DNA of 64,000 bases from a virus (IMGVR_UViG_3300042934_000619:1-64000); one strand, 5' to 3'; counted from the first letter of the stretch, positions 1 to 9,449 are shown. Numbers and translations are program-made. Notes: generated by a model not told the origin, from the sequence alone.

Positions 1-68
1 CCGTCACCTCAAGCCGAGCACCCCGCCACCTCTCCCCGGCGGGGTGTTCCCTTGACCTGACGGCGCAA

Positions 69-84
69 TGTTCCACGTGAAACA
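69..84. repeat. parS-type palindrome 1 (TGTTCCACGTGAAACA)
   Basis: Matches chromosomal parS consensus TGTTNCACGTGAAACA; lies directly before the RBS of 103..312. Confidence 0.85.
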
Positions 85-102
85 TCGACGAAAGGACACC
101 GC

Positions 103-312
103 ATGCCGGTGAAGGAATGGATCATCGAAGGCAAGTACACCAGCGGTCTCGGATCGGAGTGGGAGGAGATCGAAACCGTCACGGAGGAGGACACCGGCGG
201 ACCGGGCGACACCCTGAAGGGACACGAGTACGGCAAGTGGCTGGTCAACGAGTACCGCGTGGCGCACGTCCCTCACCCGGTGCGCATTCGCCCGAAGCGC
301 AGCACCGACTGA
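103..312 (+). CDS. hypothetical protein
   Basis: RBS AAAGGA, high-GC3 codon usage. Confidence 0.75.
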   Translation: MPVKEWIIEGKYTSGLGSEWEEIETVTEEDTGGPGDTLKGHEYGKWLVNEYRVAHVPHPVRIRPKRSTD

Positions 313-326
313 CCAAGATCACGGAA

Positions 327-342
327 TGTTCCACGTGAAACA
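327..342. repeat. parS-type palindrome 2
   Basis: TGTTCCACGTGAAACA, intergenic, before RBS GAAGGAG. Confidence 0.85.
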
Positions 343-363
343 TCGACCGAAGGAGACACACGC

Positions 364-849
364 ATGACCACACTGACCGAGCTGATCAAGCACGACAACG
401 TGCAGGCGCACTGGTTCTGGACGCACAGCGTCAGCACCGGACCGTACGACCAGTACGAGGTGTACGACGTCGTGTTCGTGCGGAACACCGACGAGACCGC
501 CCTCAACGGCGGCAACACCCGAACCACCCTGCACCTGCGAGGCATCAGCGATTGCACCGCCAACGGCATGAACAAGCACGGCGGGAAGCTGATCTACCCC
601 GACCCCGTCGAAACGCTGGCCCACGTGGTGGCCGACGCGCACATCGCGAACATGTACCGCACGTTCGCCGGATGGGCGGACGACCAGCGCGACATGAGCC
701 TCAGCTACCGGGAAGCGCTGGCTGACTTCGAGGACTGGGAGATCCATCGTGCCCGGCACGCGGAGATCTCACGCTGGCTCGGGCAGGAGGACAGCGACGC
801 TTACGACGAGTACGTGAAGGCGGCGCAGAAGTACGCCGCCGAGCACTGA
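364..849 (+). CDS. hypothetical protein
   Basis: RBS GAAGGAG, high GC3. Confidence 0.85.
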   Translation: MTTLTELIKHDNVQAHWFWTHSVSTGPYDQYEVYDVVFVRNTDETALNGGNTRTTLHLRGISDCTANGMNKHGGKLIYPDPVETLAHVVADAHIANMYRTFAGWADDQRDMSLSYREALADFEDWEIHRARHAEISRWLGQEDSDAYDEYVKAAQKYAAEH

Positions 850-850
850 A

Positions 851-866
851 TGTTCCACGTGAAACA
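851..866. repeat. parS-type palindrome 3
   Basis: TGTTCCACGTGAAACA just after the stop codon ending at 849. Confidence 0.85.
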
Positions 867-924
867 TCGACGTGCCGTCGGCATCGCACCCCGCTCGCCG
901 GGGTGTGGTGCCGGAGCCATGCAT

Positions 925-940
925 GGTTCCACGTGAAACA
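925..940. repeat. parS-type palindrome 4
   Basis: GGTTCCACGTGAAACA upstream of GTG at 960. Confidence 0.8.
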
Positions 941-959
941 TCGAGACAGGGGAGAGACC

Positions 960-1226
960 GTGAACAACCGTGTGCGCACCTACCTGATGGACGCCGACGG
1001 GCCGCCTGTCCTGCGAGTGATCCTGCCCGGCGGAGTCGGCACCGTGGAGATCGAGACCGGCCTGACCACCGCCGACGGCAGGCCGCGCGTGCGGGTCGAC
1101 GTCACCTCCGACACCACCCGCTACGGACCGGCCACCGACGGCAACTCCTACGCCGTGACCAACGGCGACCCCGGACCGGGCGTCGTGTTCGTGACGGGGG
1201 AGCAGCCGGGGCAGGAGCAGCCATGA
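960..1226 (+). CDS. hypothetical protein, paralogue of 11993..12304
   Basis: GTG start after GGGGAG; shares LP.G.G.V.I.TG...G.P.V.V.V.S.T...PA.DG..Y. Confidence 0.8.
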   Translation: MNNRVRTYLMDADGPPVLRVILPGGVGTVEIETGLTTADGRPRVRVDVTSDTTRYGPATDGNSYAVTNGDPGPGVVFVTGEQPGQEQP

Positions 1227-1402
1227 GCTACCGATGGTGCCGACGCTGCGCACAGGGCAAGTGCAGCAGACTGCGCCACTGGCGCATGCGCTGCCGCCTG
1301 TGCGATCGGTTCAAGGTGTTCAGGGGTCCGGCGTGTGCACCCTGCCGCATCGACGCCCGACGCCTGGTCGCTGATCTCTTCAGCGACCGTTGTTCCACGT
1401 GA
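1223..1402 (+). CDS. small Cys-rich protein
   Basis: ATGA overlap with upstream gene, three CxxC motifs. Confidence 0.55.
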   Translation: MSYRWCRRCAQGKCSRLRHWRMRCRLCDRFKVFRGPACAPCRIDARRLVADLFSDRCST

Positions 1403-1406
1403 AACA
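1391..1406. repeat. parS-type palindrome 5
   Basis: TGTTCCACGTGAAACA; supplies the TGA stop of 1223..1402. Confidence 0.85.
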
Positions 1407-1424
1407 TCGAGACAGGAGACACGC

Positions 1425-1697
1425 ATGCCGAAGTTCGACGTGACCGACCACTCAATCAGCTACCGGCCGACCACCCTGCGCCCCTACGTGAGCGGGTACA
1501 ACGCCACGTGGGGCCTGAGCGTCAACGGCAAGCCGATCGGCACCGTGTGGGAGACCGAGGACGACAAGTACGCCGGGCAGATCCAGGGCACGACCTCCGA
1601 CGGCCAGCACCGGGGGTACACCTGCCCGCGCCTGCCGTCCCGCGAGTCCGTGATCGAGCGGCTTGAGGAGATGGCCGAGCGCATCGGCATCGCCTGA
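1425..1697 (+). CDS. hypothetical protein
   Basis: RBS CAGGAG, high GC3. Confidence 0.8.
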   Translation: MPKFDVTDHSISYRPTTLRPYVSGYNATWGLSVNGKPIGTVWETEDDKYAGQIQGTTSDGQHRGYTCPRLPSRESVIERLEEMAERIGIA

Positions 1698-1698
1698 C

Positions 1699-1714
1699 TG
1701 TTTCACGTGAAACA
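1699..1714. repeat. parS-type palindrome 6 (perfect TGTTTCACGTGAAACA)
   Basis: Perfect 16-bp palindrome containing the Streptomyces parS core GTTTCACGTGAAAC. Confidence 0.9.
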
Positions 1715-1725
1715 TTGAGAGGAGC

Positions 1726-2007
1726 ATGACAATGCCGACCTACGGTGGCACCCCCGTCCTCACCCCTGACCAGGCCGAACACGCACAACGCGTGGCCAAC
1801 GACTGGTTCAAGGCGCAGGGGTTCGAAGACACCGAACTGCCCGCCATGTACCAGCCCGGACACGAGGGCCCCATGTGGGTGCTCTCCCTCGAAGGCGGGC
1901 CCGAAGACTGGCCGATCCTCCTGTCCCACGACGACACCGTGACGTGGCCCGACGGCATGTACGTCGAACCGGTCACCCACTGGTGCCTCGGCCTGTACCC
2001 GGCCTGA
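1726..2007 (+). CDS. hypothetical protein
   Basis: RBS GAGGAG, high GC3. Confidence 0.8.
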   Translation: MTMPTYGGTPVLTPDQAEHAQRVANDWFKAQGFEDTELPAMYQPGHEGPMWVLSLEGGPEDWPILLSHDDTVTWPDGMYVEPVTHWCLGLYPA

Positions 2008-2010
2008 CCG

Positions 2011-2232
2011 ATGACGTTCGCATTCGGCCAGCGCATCCGCACAACCATTGACGCAGGCGGCGTCATCACCCCGTTCGTGCCGGTCGGATCGTTCGGCACC
2101 GTCATCTACCCGATCGACGACGCGGGTGACATCGGCGTACTCATGGACGGCGACTCATCCGGTGCAACACACGCCTACGGAGAGGACGAAATCACCGTGA
2201 TCGCCGACGCCCCCGACTGGCTCCGCGACTGA
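2011..2232 (+). CDS. hypothetical protein
   Basis: Tight spacing to upstream stop. Confidence 0.65.
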   Translation: MTFAFGQRIRTTIDAGGVITPFVPVGSFGTVIYPIDDAGDIGVLMDGDSSGATHAYGEDEITVIADAPDWLRD

Positions 2233-2233
2233 A

Positions 2234-2249
2234 CGTTCCACGTGAAACA
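2234..2249. repeat. parS-type palindrome 7
   Basis: CGTTCCACGTGAAACA after the stop ending at 2232. Confidence 0.8.
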
Positions 2250-2305
2250 TCGAGGACACCGGCCACTAAGGTCGGTGCCCTCACCCGACAAGAAAGGACA
2301 CGACA

Positions 2306-2563
2306 GTGCGCAGCATCCGCATCGAGACCCGCACCCTGCCCCCGACCGAAACGAAGGACAAGCGCGTCCGCGTCCGCTCGCAGGACGGCACCGTGGCCGA
2401 CTACCCGTGGGACCACAGGTACGACGCCCACGAGGTGCACTACTTCGCCGCCCGCAAGGTCGCCGTCATGGAGAACCCCAACCAGGAGATCACCGTGGTC
2501 AAGTCCGCCGACGCGGACATGGGCTACGTCTTCCTCGCCGTCATCGGGCGGGTCGCACAGTGA
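2306..2563 (+). CDS. hypothetical protein
   Basis: RBS AAAGGA, GTG start. Confidence 0.75.
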   Translation: MRSIRIETRTLPPTETKDKRVRVRSQDGTVADYPWDHRYDAHEVHYFAARKVAVMENPNQEITVVKSADADMGYVFLAVIGRVAQ

Positions 2564-2856
2564 CCGACCACGAGATCCAGGTCGACTACGTCGTCAACTA
2601 CCAGAAGGTGGGCGACCTCACCTGGTACGGGTTCACCAACACCAGCGACGTGTTCGAGCACGCCCGGGAGTACGGCCCGTGGAACTCGACCACCGACCTG
2701 GCCGAGGCGCAGGCCGCAGCGCAGGGGCTGATCGAACGGACCGTGTTCACCGACTCCCGGCCCAAGTACCAGTACCAGATCGCCGCCGCACAGGTCGTAC
2801 AGGTGATCTCGTCCGGCGGCGTGATCATCACCTTCGGCAAGCCGCAGGAGGGGTGA
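2560..2856 (+). CDS. hypothetical protein
   Basis: GTGA overlap, high GC3. Confidence 0.75.
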   Translation: MTDHEIQVDYVVNYQKVGDLTWYGFTNTSDVFEHAREYGPWNSTTDLAEAQAAAQGLIERTVFTDSRPKYQYQIAAAQVVQVISSGGVIITFGKPQEG

Positions 2857-2907
2857 CGAACCGGCCCGAGGGTGGGGACCCGACAACGACAACCGAAGGA
2901 GACAACC

Positions 2908-3126
2908 ATGAACCAGGGACCGTACGAGTACGGCGGAACGTGGAAGCACAAGACCACCCAGCGCACAGTGCGCATCCTGACCTCCATCGAGGACACGTCG
3001 GGACTGGTGGTCGGCTTCCCCGAAGGGACCGCGTTCGTCGTCACCGCCTGCCCCCTGTTCGGCATCGACACCATCGAGGTCAGCACCTTCACGGAGTGGT
3101 TCGAGAAGGTCGAGGCGACGTCGTGA
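2908..3126 (+). CDS. hypothetical protein
   Basis: RBS GAAGGAG. Confidence 0.75.
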   Translation: MNQGPYEYGGTWKHKTTQRTVRILTSIEDTSGLVVGFPEGTAFVVTACPLFGIDTIEVSTFTEWFEKVEATS

Positions 3127-3344
3127 CGCAGCAGATCATGGACACCTGCGAGGGCGCAGCCTGGCGCGTGCAGCTCGATGGCATGCTCCGCACCCTCGAA
3201 CCGCTGGAACAGGCCGCCATCGAGGCACGGGACGACAGCGTGATTGTCCTCCTCAACCACCTGCGCCTGGCACGGGAGGCTGCCGTGTCCATCGAGGACC
3301 GGGCCCCGTTGCAGTACAAGGGGGTGAAGCTGACCCGAGACTGA
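3123..3344 (+). CDS. hypothetical protein
   Basis: GTGA overlap. Confidence 0.7.
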   Translation: MTQQIMDTCEGAAWRVQLDGMLRTLEPLEQAAIEARDDSVIVLLNHLRLAREAAVSIEDRAPLQYKGVKLTRD

Positions 3345-3376
3345 CGCACGACAGCACGACAACCGAAGGAGACAGC

Positions 3377-3505
3377 ATGGCCGACAAGCGGCGACCGGCG
3401 AACCGTCCGAAGGGACGCCGGGCAGCGATCACGGACGGGTTCTACCGTCGCATGATCGCCAACCCTGACCGCCGGATCCCGTTCGTTCTGGTCGAGCGGG
3501 CCTAG
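3377..3505 (+). CDS. 42-aa basic micro-protein
   Basis: Strong RBS GAAGGAGACAGC-ATG; MADKRRPANRPKGRR... Confidence 0.6.
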   Translation: MADKRRPANRPKGRRAAITDGFYRRMIANPDRRIPFVLVERA

Positions 3506-3813
3506 TCGGAGGCGGACGTGTCCCTGGTGATCTGCTTGATCAGTGGGGGCACGCCCGGACCACGCCGCACCTCGATATACCCGATGGTGTGCGCCTTGAT
3601 CGGCTTGCGTGTCCGGCCATCCTGTGCCACGCCCGCATGCGGGTCGTCCTCCAACCACCACACGGTGAGCTTGAGGTTGCCCCTGTTGTTGCGCCTGGCC
3701 CGAGTCACTGCCGCCCGTGTCCACCTGTCGACCGGGTTGCGGCGGGCCAGAACGATCTCCCCTATGTCCGGAGAGAAGGTGAGAGGAACTCCGCTGTATC
3801 CCTTGATGATCAT
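3502..3813 (-). CDS. hypothetical protein (only minus-strand gene in the left cluster)
   Basis: RBS AGGAGGT upstream of ATG at 3813; MIIKGYSGVP... Confidence 0.7.
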   Translation of the reverse strand: MIIKGYSGVPLTFSPDIGEIVLARRNPVDRWTRAAVTRARRNNRGNLKLTVWWLEDDPHAGVAQDGRTRKPIKAHTIGYIEVRRGPGVPPLIKQITRDTSASD

Positions 3814-4000
3814 GGTCCCACCTCCTATATAGACGTGCCGGAAGCATCGCACATCGTGCGCCCTGCCTCTAGAAGCGGGGACTGTCTCCGGATTTCCATG
3901 ATCATTTTTGCTATAACCGTGATGCTTAGTATCCCAAATACGAACAATGTCTTTTGTTCCGAACGGGAACAAAGTCCCCGCCTGAATGAGAGGTCCGTCC

Positions 4001-4609
4001 ATGTACGTCCTGGTTTTCACCCTGCCTCCGGTCAACGGTGCCGCCTTCGGCAAGGCGGCGGTGTTCGACCCGTGCCCTGAGCGAAGGAACCTGCACACTC
4101 TGGCGTACCGGGCACTGCGCAAGCACAACCCTCACATGGACATGGGTACGGCCAGCCGGTACGCCGAGCAGATCACGCGGAAGGACACGGGGACCGAGTG
4201 CGTCGAGACGAGCACGGGGATCACCTTCCGCATCGACACCGAGGACAAGGCACCGAACGCCTGCCCCTGCTGCGGTCGGCTGGTCAAGTGGGGTGATCAC
4301 GCCTTCGCCGGTAGCGACGACGCCTACTGCGACGGCTGCTACACCTGGGGCGACGACGCCAAGATCAGCTGCGACCCGAACCACACGGCGCACGCCAACC
4401 CGTGGACCACCGACACCGCCGATGCCCGCTTCTGCATGGAGGTGATCATCGACCGGGGTGACGAGACGGACAGCGATTACCGCTACGCCATCACCGACGA
4501 CCACGAGATGTGGGACGACGACGAGGACAACGCGCTGATCGCCTGGCCCGGCCTGACCCGTGACCAGATCATCGAGGTCACCATCACCGAGATCGACAAG
4601 GAGAGCTGA
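4001..4609 (+). CDS. hypothetical Cys-containing protein
   Basis: CPCC and CDGC motifs, high GC3. Confidence 0.8.
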   Translation: MYVLVFTLPPVNGAAFGKAAVFDPCPERRNLHTLAYRALRKHNPHMDMGTASRYAEQITRKDTGTECVETSTGITFRIDTEDKAPNACPCCGRLVKWGDHAFAGSDDAYCDGCYTWGDDAKISCDPNHTAHANPWTTDTADARFCMEVIIDRGDETDSDYRYAITDDHEMWDDDEDNALIAWPGLTRDQIIEVTITEIDKES

Positions 4610-4611
4610 TC

Positions 4612-4833
4612 ATGGCCACCACGACGGACGAGATGGCTCGTTCCCTTCTGGAGCACATCAAGAACGAACACGCTGCTGAACTCGCACTCACGCAGCACAG
4701 GGTGGCGGCGGTACTCGGCTACCTGGAAGGCATCACCAACCCCACGCCTCCGGCGATCGACGCTGTCCGGTCGATCCTGACCGGCAAGTGGGACTCCGTT
4801 CTCGACTCGTTCACCCTGCCCAAGGAGAACTGA
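4612..4833 (+). CDS. hypothetical protein
   Basis: Coupled to upstream gene, RBS AAGGAG. Confidence 0.75.
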   Translation: MATTTDEMARSLLEHIKNEHAAELALTQHRVAAVLGYLEGITNPTPPAIDAVRSILTGKWDSVLDSFTLPKEN

Positions 4834-4835
4834 CC

Positions 4836-5297
4836 ATGAGCATGCAGCCCGGCGAACTGATCAACGGCGACGACGTGGCGCCCTACCCGATCCGGCACTT
4901 CCTCGACCGTGAGGAGGGCTACCCCAACACGCGTCTGCTGATCACTCCCGACACTCCGTACGCCTGGGCGATCGTCGCCCGGCAGGTGAGCGGGTGGCGG
5001 TGTCTGGCCACGGGCGAGATGCCCGACGCCCCGAACACGAACACGGTGGCGGCCACCCTGACCGTGTACTTCGGGACCGGCCACGACTACCTGCCCCGTG
5101 ACCAGTTCGCCCTGACGGGACCGGACAATCTGGACATCCACCTGCTCCGCACGGTCGGCGAACCCGCCACCTACTGCGACACGAACGCCCCCAACCCGTA
5201 CGTGTACGAGCGTGGCCGGTACTTCCAGCACTGCACGACGTGCACCACCAACTACCGCGCCGAGCACTTCGGCCGTCACCCCTTCGAGGAGCACTGA
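4836..5297 (+). CDS. hypothetical protein
   Basis: RBS AAGGAG, high GC3. Confidence 0.8.
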   Translation: MSMQPGELINGDDVAPYPIRHFLDREEGYPNTRLLITPDTPYAWAIVARQVSGWRCLATGEMPDAPNTNTVAATLTVYFGTGHDYLPRDQFALTGPDNLDIHLLRTVGEPATYCDTNAPNPYVYERGRYFQHCTTCTTNYRAEHFGRHPFEEH

Positions 5298-5299
5298 TC

Positions 5300-5608
5300 A
5301 TGACCGACACCACGATCACCACGCACACCGCCACGGACGGCTCGGTCTACCTGCGCACGCAGCACGGTCGGACGCCGGAGGAGATCGCCGAGTCCCTGCG
5401 TCCGTACATCGGCCGCTTCGCCCGGTTCTACCCGCCCAACATGTACGGGCACATCAACCCGCACCGGTCCACCCGTGGGTGGATCCGGTCCATCGACGGC
5501 ACCCGCGTGACCGTCTACGTGCCCGCCCTCGGCTACACCGGAGAGGTCGACGCGGGCGAGGCGTTCGGTTCCTACTGCACGGTGATCGACCCGAAGAAGG
5601 AGAACTGA
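5300..5608 (+). CDS. hypothetical protein
   Basis: RBS GAGGAG. Confidence 0.8.
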   Translation: MTDTTITTHTATDGSVYLRTQHGRTPEEIAESLRPYIGRFARFYPPNMYGHINPHRSTRGWIRSIDGTRVTVYVPALGYTGEVDAGEAFGSYCTVIDPKKEN

Positions 5609-5610
5609 TC

Positions 5611-6048
5611 ATGACCATCAGCTACAGCATCGAGCTGCACGAGATCACCGACCTGACCTGGCCGATGTGGGAGTCGTGCGGCATCGAGTGCCCCGCCATG
5701 ATCGGCGGCACCTGCCCCCGTGAGATCCGAGACCAGCGCACGGGCGGGTTCCTGACCTGCCCCGGCAACTCCTCCAAGTTCACGAACGCCGCTTCCGAGG
5801 TGGTCCACTCCTGGACGCTCGACTCGGGGCAGTCCGACGAGTGCGGCAACTCGGTCGACGGGGACTGCTGGTTCGCCCTGTTCAGGAACCCCGACGCCGG
5901 TACGTTCGACGGTCCGATGGGGGCGGGCGTGATCCTGTGCGAGACCTCGATGGGGTTCGTGCAGGCGACCCGCTTCACCACCATGGAGGAGCTGACGCGG
6001 GACTGGGCCAAGATCCAGGCCGAGTACGAGGACGACGAGGAGATCTGA
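5611..6048 (+). CDS. hypothetical protein
   Basis: RBS AAGGAG. Confidence 0.8.
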   Translation: MTISYSIELHEITDLTWPMWESCGIECPAMIGGTCPREIRDQRTGGFLTCPGNSSKFTNAASEVVHSWTLDSGQSDECGNSVDGDCWFALFRNPDAGTFDGPMGAGVILCETSMGFVQATRFTTMEELTRDWAKIQAEYEDDEEI

Positions 6049-6050
6049 TC

Positions 6051-6647
6051 ATGAACGAGATCATCGAGGCGCACGGCAGGTACCGGGTGTACTTGAAGAT
6101 GGAGCCGGACTCCTACGACTTCAACCCTCGCACGTGGGACGACACCCCCCTGGCCAACGTCATCACCCCCACGCAGCAGCGGTACATCGACATCGACGAG
6201 GACGGCGGCCCGCTCCAGTACGGGTGGGACTACTACTCCACGCGCGCACTGGACTGCATCCGACGGACGGGCGCCGAGGACTTGTTCGTCCGCTGGGCGA
6301 AGATCTTCCACGGCGTGACGGTGATCGAGGACCGCCCGTACGACGGGGCCTGGGCCTTCTGGTACCTGATGCCGGACAAGGCGGCGGAGACCACGTGGTC
6401 GCCGGAGAAGCTGATCAACTTCGAGATCAAGCGCTACCGGGACTGGGCGCAGGGTGAGGTGTACGCCTACGTCATCGAGCGGTCGGTGAAGTGGGTCCCG
6501 GAGGAGGGGCAGGAGTTCGACGACGACGAGTCGACGCCGGAAACCATGATCACGTGGGAGACGGCCGACTCGTGCGGCGGATACATCGGCTACGACGAGG
6601 CCGAGAAGGCGGCGCTCGAAGCGTTCGCTGACTACAAGGAGGACTGA
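6051..6647 (+). CDS. hypothetical phage protein
   Basis: RBS GAGGAG; W..GEVY and DSCGGYIG motifs. Confidence 0.85.
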   Translation: MNEIIEAHGRYRVYLKMEPDSYDFNPRTWDDTPLANVITPTQQRYIDIDEDGGPLQYGWDYYSTRALDCIRRTGAEDLFVRWAKIFHGVTVIEDRPYDGAWAFWYLMPDKAAETTWSPEKLINFEIKRYRDWAQGEVYAYVIERSVKWVPEEGQEFDDDESTPETMITWETADSCGGYIGYDEAEKAALEAFADYKED

Positions 6648-6649
6648 GC

Positions 6650-6859
6650 ATGCGGGACACCGGACCGACCAAGTGCCAGAGCAAGGTGCACGACAACAAC
6701 CCGCCCGCCGCAGAGGGGACGTTCGATCTGTCCTGGCCGGTACTCGACGCCGACGCCGACGTGAAGCGGACTGCCTCAACGGTGAAGCGCCTGTGCCACG
6801 CCTGCCTGGACACCTTCCGATCGCACGGCGGGACCGCCTTCTACCACCGCTTCAACTGA
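6650..6859 (+). CDS. hypothetical protein
   Basis: RBS AAGGAGG. Confidence 0.7.
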   Translation: MRDTGPTKCQSKVHDNNPPAAEGTFDLSWPVLDADADVKRTASTVKRLCHACLDTFRSHGGTAFYHRFN

Positions 6860-6879
6860 CCGAGACAGGAGGGCTGATC

Positions 6880-7683
6880 ATGCGCACCTACCGCAACCCG
6901 ATGATGGACCGGCCGATCACCGACCTGATGGGGTTCGACCACGTGGTCGCCGTCATGCCGGACGGCCGGGTGATCGACACCGACGAGGGCTTCAACCACC
7001 TGGACGTGCACGCCCCGGAGGTGGTGATCGACTACGACGGGCCGTTTGCCGAGGCGCAGATCTCCAAGGAGCACGACGACGCCATGGTGGAGAACCTGCG
7101 GGAGCAGGGGTGGGAAGTGCTGTCCGGCTACTCGGGGCAGTACCAGTACGCCGGTCCGATCATGCACGCTTCGGAGTTCATCGGCGGCGGGCTGGAGGAA
7201 CGCATCCGTGAGGAGCCGGGCTACTGGGTGGCGCTGACGGTGGACATCCACCCGAGCGAGGACGACCCGGAGCACGAGGAGAACGGCGGAAGCGGGGAGT
7301 CGGACTACGTCGGGTGGATCGTGGCCCGCAAGATCGGCAGCGAGGACGAGATCGACGCGCGTACGGGATGGATCGCCGAGGATCTGGCGACCTGGCACTT
7401 CGACCCGGAGTGCACCCGCCGTCCGATGCGGGACGAGGACGCCGCCATGAGTGATGTGCAGGTGTTCTACAAGGGTGACAGCGAGGACGCCGCCCGCCTG
7501 CGCCTGTCCACGTACTGGATCGAGTGCGCGCACATGAACCACGTCAGGATGGGCGGTGAGGACGCCGTCTACCTGGACGCCGCCGACAAGATCGTGCAGG
7601 ACGGTGAGGTCTACAGCATCAAGCCCACCTACCGCACCGGACGGGTGCGGGCGTTCCTCAAGCCGAAGGAGACCAGCAAGTGA
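6880..7683 (+). CDS. hypothetical acidic protein
   Basis: RBS AGGAGG, high GC3. Confidence 0.85.
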   Translation: MRTYRNPMMDRPITDLMGFDHVVAVMPDGRVIDTDEGFNHLDVHAPEVVIDYDGPFAEAQISKEHDDAMVENLREQGWEVLSGYSGQYQYAGPIMHASEFIGGGLEERIREEPGYWVALTVDIHPSEDDPEHEENGGSGESDYVGWIVARKIGSEDEIDARTGWIAEDLATWHFDPECTRRPMRDEDAAMSDVQVFYKGDSEDAARLRLSTYWIECAHMNHVRMGGEDAVYLDAADKIVQDGEVYSIKPTYRTGRVRAFLKPKETSK

Positions 7684-7868
7684 TCGTCAACATCATCCGC
7701 AACGCACACCCGGACCAGATCGTGCACGCCATCGTCTGGACGGCCGACAACCTGCACGTCCCGCCCAGCCTGGTCAGCTACGAGGTGGCCGTGGCGTACG
7801 TGTGCAAGCACTTCGCCGCCGGTCAGCTCACCGGCTGGGACGGGTTCATCGAGGACATCGGGCTCTGA
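7680..7868 (+). CDS. hypothetical protein
   Basis: GTGA overlap. Confidence 0.7.
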   Translation: MIVNIIRNAHPDQIVHAIVWTADNLHVPPSLVSYEVAVAYVCKHFAAGQLTGWDGFIEDIGL

Positions 7869-7889
7869 CAACCGAAGGAGACGGACGAC

Positions 7890-9011
7890 ATGACTGAGAC
7901 GGTCTGGAAGGACGACGGCCTCGGCATCATCGAGGCGGGCGACGTGGGCGGTGACATCCAGATCGGGCGGGCGTTCTCCCGCCGGTTCGTGCACTCCCGT
8001 CTGGCGGGTCGTGCGATCACGGTGGATGCGTGCCCCGTGGCCAACAACCAGCCGGACCCCGGGGCGGAGCCGACCATCTCCCTGGATGTGCGCACCGAGC
8101 TGATGGTGGCGACCGACCCGGAGGACCTGGGGGGCACGGAGGTGTGGTCGGACCTGGAGTACAGCGACCTGCCCGAGGCGTTCGACCGGCCCTTCGCCAC
8201 TGTGGAGAAGGCGGAGCTGGCCGCCATGCTGTACCTCAAGCAGCTCGACCCGGCCTTGCACTTCAGCTGGGACGGCAAACCGGAGATGGGACCGGTCTCC
8301 GTCCTGAAGTATGGCGAGATGGTCGGCAAGCTGTCCCATGAGTTCACCCCCGAGCTGTTGGGTGAGCACCACAGCGTGACCGCCTACGCCCTGAACCTGG
8401 CGCGCAGGAACAACAGCTTCGAGCACCACGCCATCGAGCTGGACTACTGGTACGAGACGGTGGTCGATCCGGTGGGCAACGCCTGGCGGGTGTCCTGGCT
8501 GATGGACACCACCCGCTGCCTCAAGGCCGAGGACGAGGGGGGTGGTTGGGTGTTCGGCGTGTACTGGGAGCCCATCGCTCCGACGCACACGCACTACAAC
8601 CCGTACGGTCCGCCGTTCCAGGCACCGGGCACGTTGGTGGGGTGCGCCAACGAGGCGGCGCACAACCCGAAGGACTCGGAGTTGTGGGCGGACTACCGCT
8701 ACAGCCCCCGGCTGGAGAGGTCGGGGGTGACGGGCCTGCCTGCTCACATGGAACGGGATGTGCTGTCCGCCTACGGGAAGAACCGGCAGGAGGGTGTTCA
8801 GTACGCGATCACGGATGTGCTGCCGGACGCGGACTTCACCTTCCGGGTGCGCATCACGAACCGGACCGGCTACGCCTTGGGTGAGGCGGGTCCGGTCTAC
8901 CACACGGAGGAGTGGGGGCTGTACCCGGACGGGTTCTGGCACGTCATCCCCATGAACCCTCACCCGCCGTACGAGCACTGGCCCGCCTTCTGCCCGAACT
9001 GCGGCTACTGA
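7890..9011 (+). CDS. hypothetical protein (373 aa)
   Basis: RBS GAAGGAG, long high-GC3 ORF, terminal CPNC. Confidence 0.88.
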   Translation: MTETVWKDDGLGIIEAGDVGGDIQIGRAFSRRFVHSRLAGRAITVDACPVANNQPDPGAEPTISLDVRTELMVATDPEDLGGTEVWSDLEYSDLPEAFDRPFATVEKAELAAMLYLKQLDPALHFSWDGKPEMGPVSVLKYGEMVGKLSHEFTPELLGEHHSVTAYALNLARRNNSFEHHAIELDYWYETVVDPVGNAWRVSWLMDTTRCLKAEDEGGGWVFGVYWEPIAPTHTHYNPYGPPFQAPGTLVGCANEAAHNPKDSELWADYRYSPRLERSGVTGLPAHMERDVLSAYGKNRQEGVQYAITDVLPDADFTFRVRITNRTGYALGEAGPVYHTEEWGLYPDGFWHVIPMNPHPPYEHWPAFCPNCGY

Positions 9012-9230
9012 CCAGGCGTGGACGACATGGACAAGGTGCTGAGCGCGGCGGCTGTGGCCGTCGTGCTCGGCGCCTTGCTGTCGTGGGAGCGGATGCTGTC
9101 CGGGCCGGACCGTCTCCTCACGGCAGGGGTGGTGGTGTGTGCGGTGGTCGCCATCGTGGCAGTCGGCATCGCCACCGTCTGCGCCCTGTACGAGCAGGGC
9201 TCGGGCAACGAAAAGTGAAGGAGACATGAC

Positions 9231-9449
9231 ATGAACGACCGGCAGGCGGTCTTCACCTATCTGATGAACTGCCGTTCGCAGATGAAGGTGTCGACGTTTC
9301 TGGTGATGCAGTCCGGGGTGGTCAACCACAATTATGTGGTGGTGCACGACGCCCCTCCCGCCGTGGTTCAGGAGATCGTCGGCAACTTCAAAATGGTGGG
9401 GCTGAAGGAAGGCAAGGGCCTGCTGATCCCGCTCACCCCTGAGCAGTAG
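9231..9449 (+). CDS. hypothetical protein
   Basis: RBS AAGGAG. Confidence 0.7.
   Translation: MNDRQAVFTYLMNCRSQMKVSTFLVMQSGVVNHNYVVVHDAPPAVVQEIVGNFKMVGLKEGKGLLIPLTPEQ

Noticed and set aside
69-2249. 16-bp repeats as a CRISPR array
   Set aside because: Repeats are too short, separated by whole genes of variable length, and match parS; no cas operon
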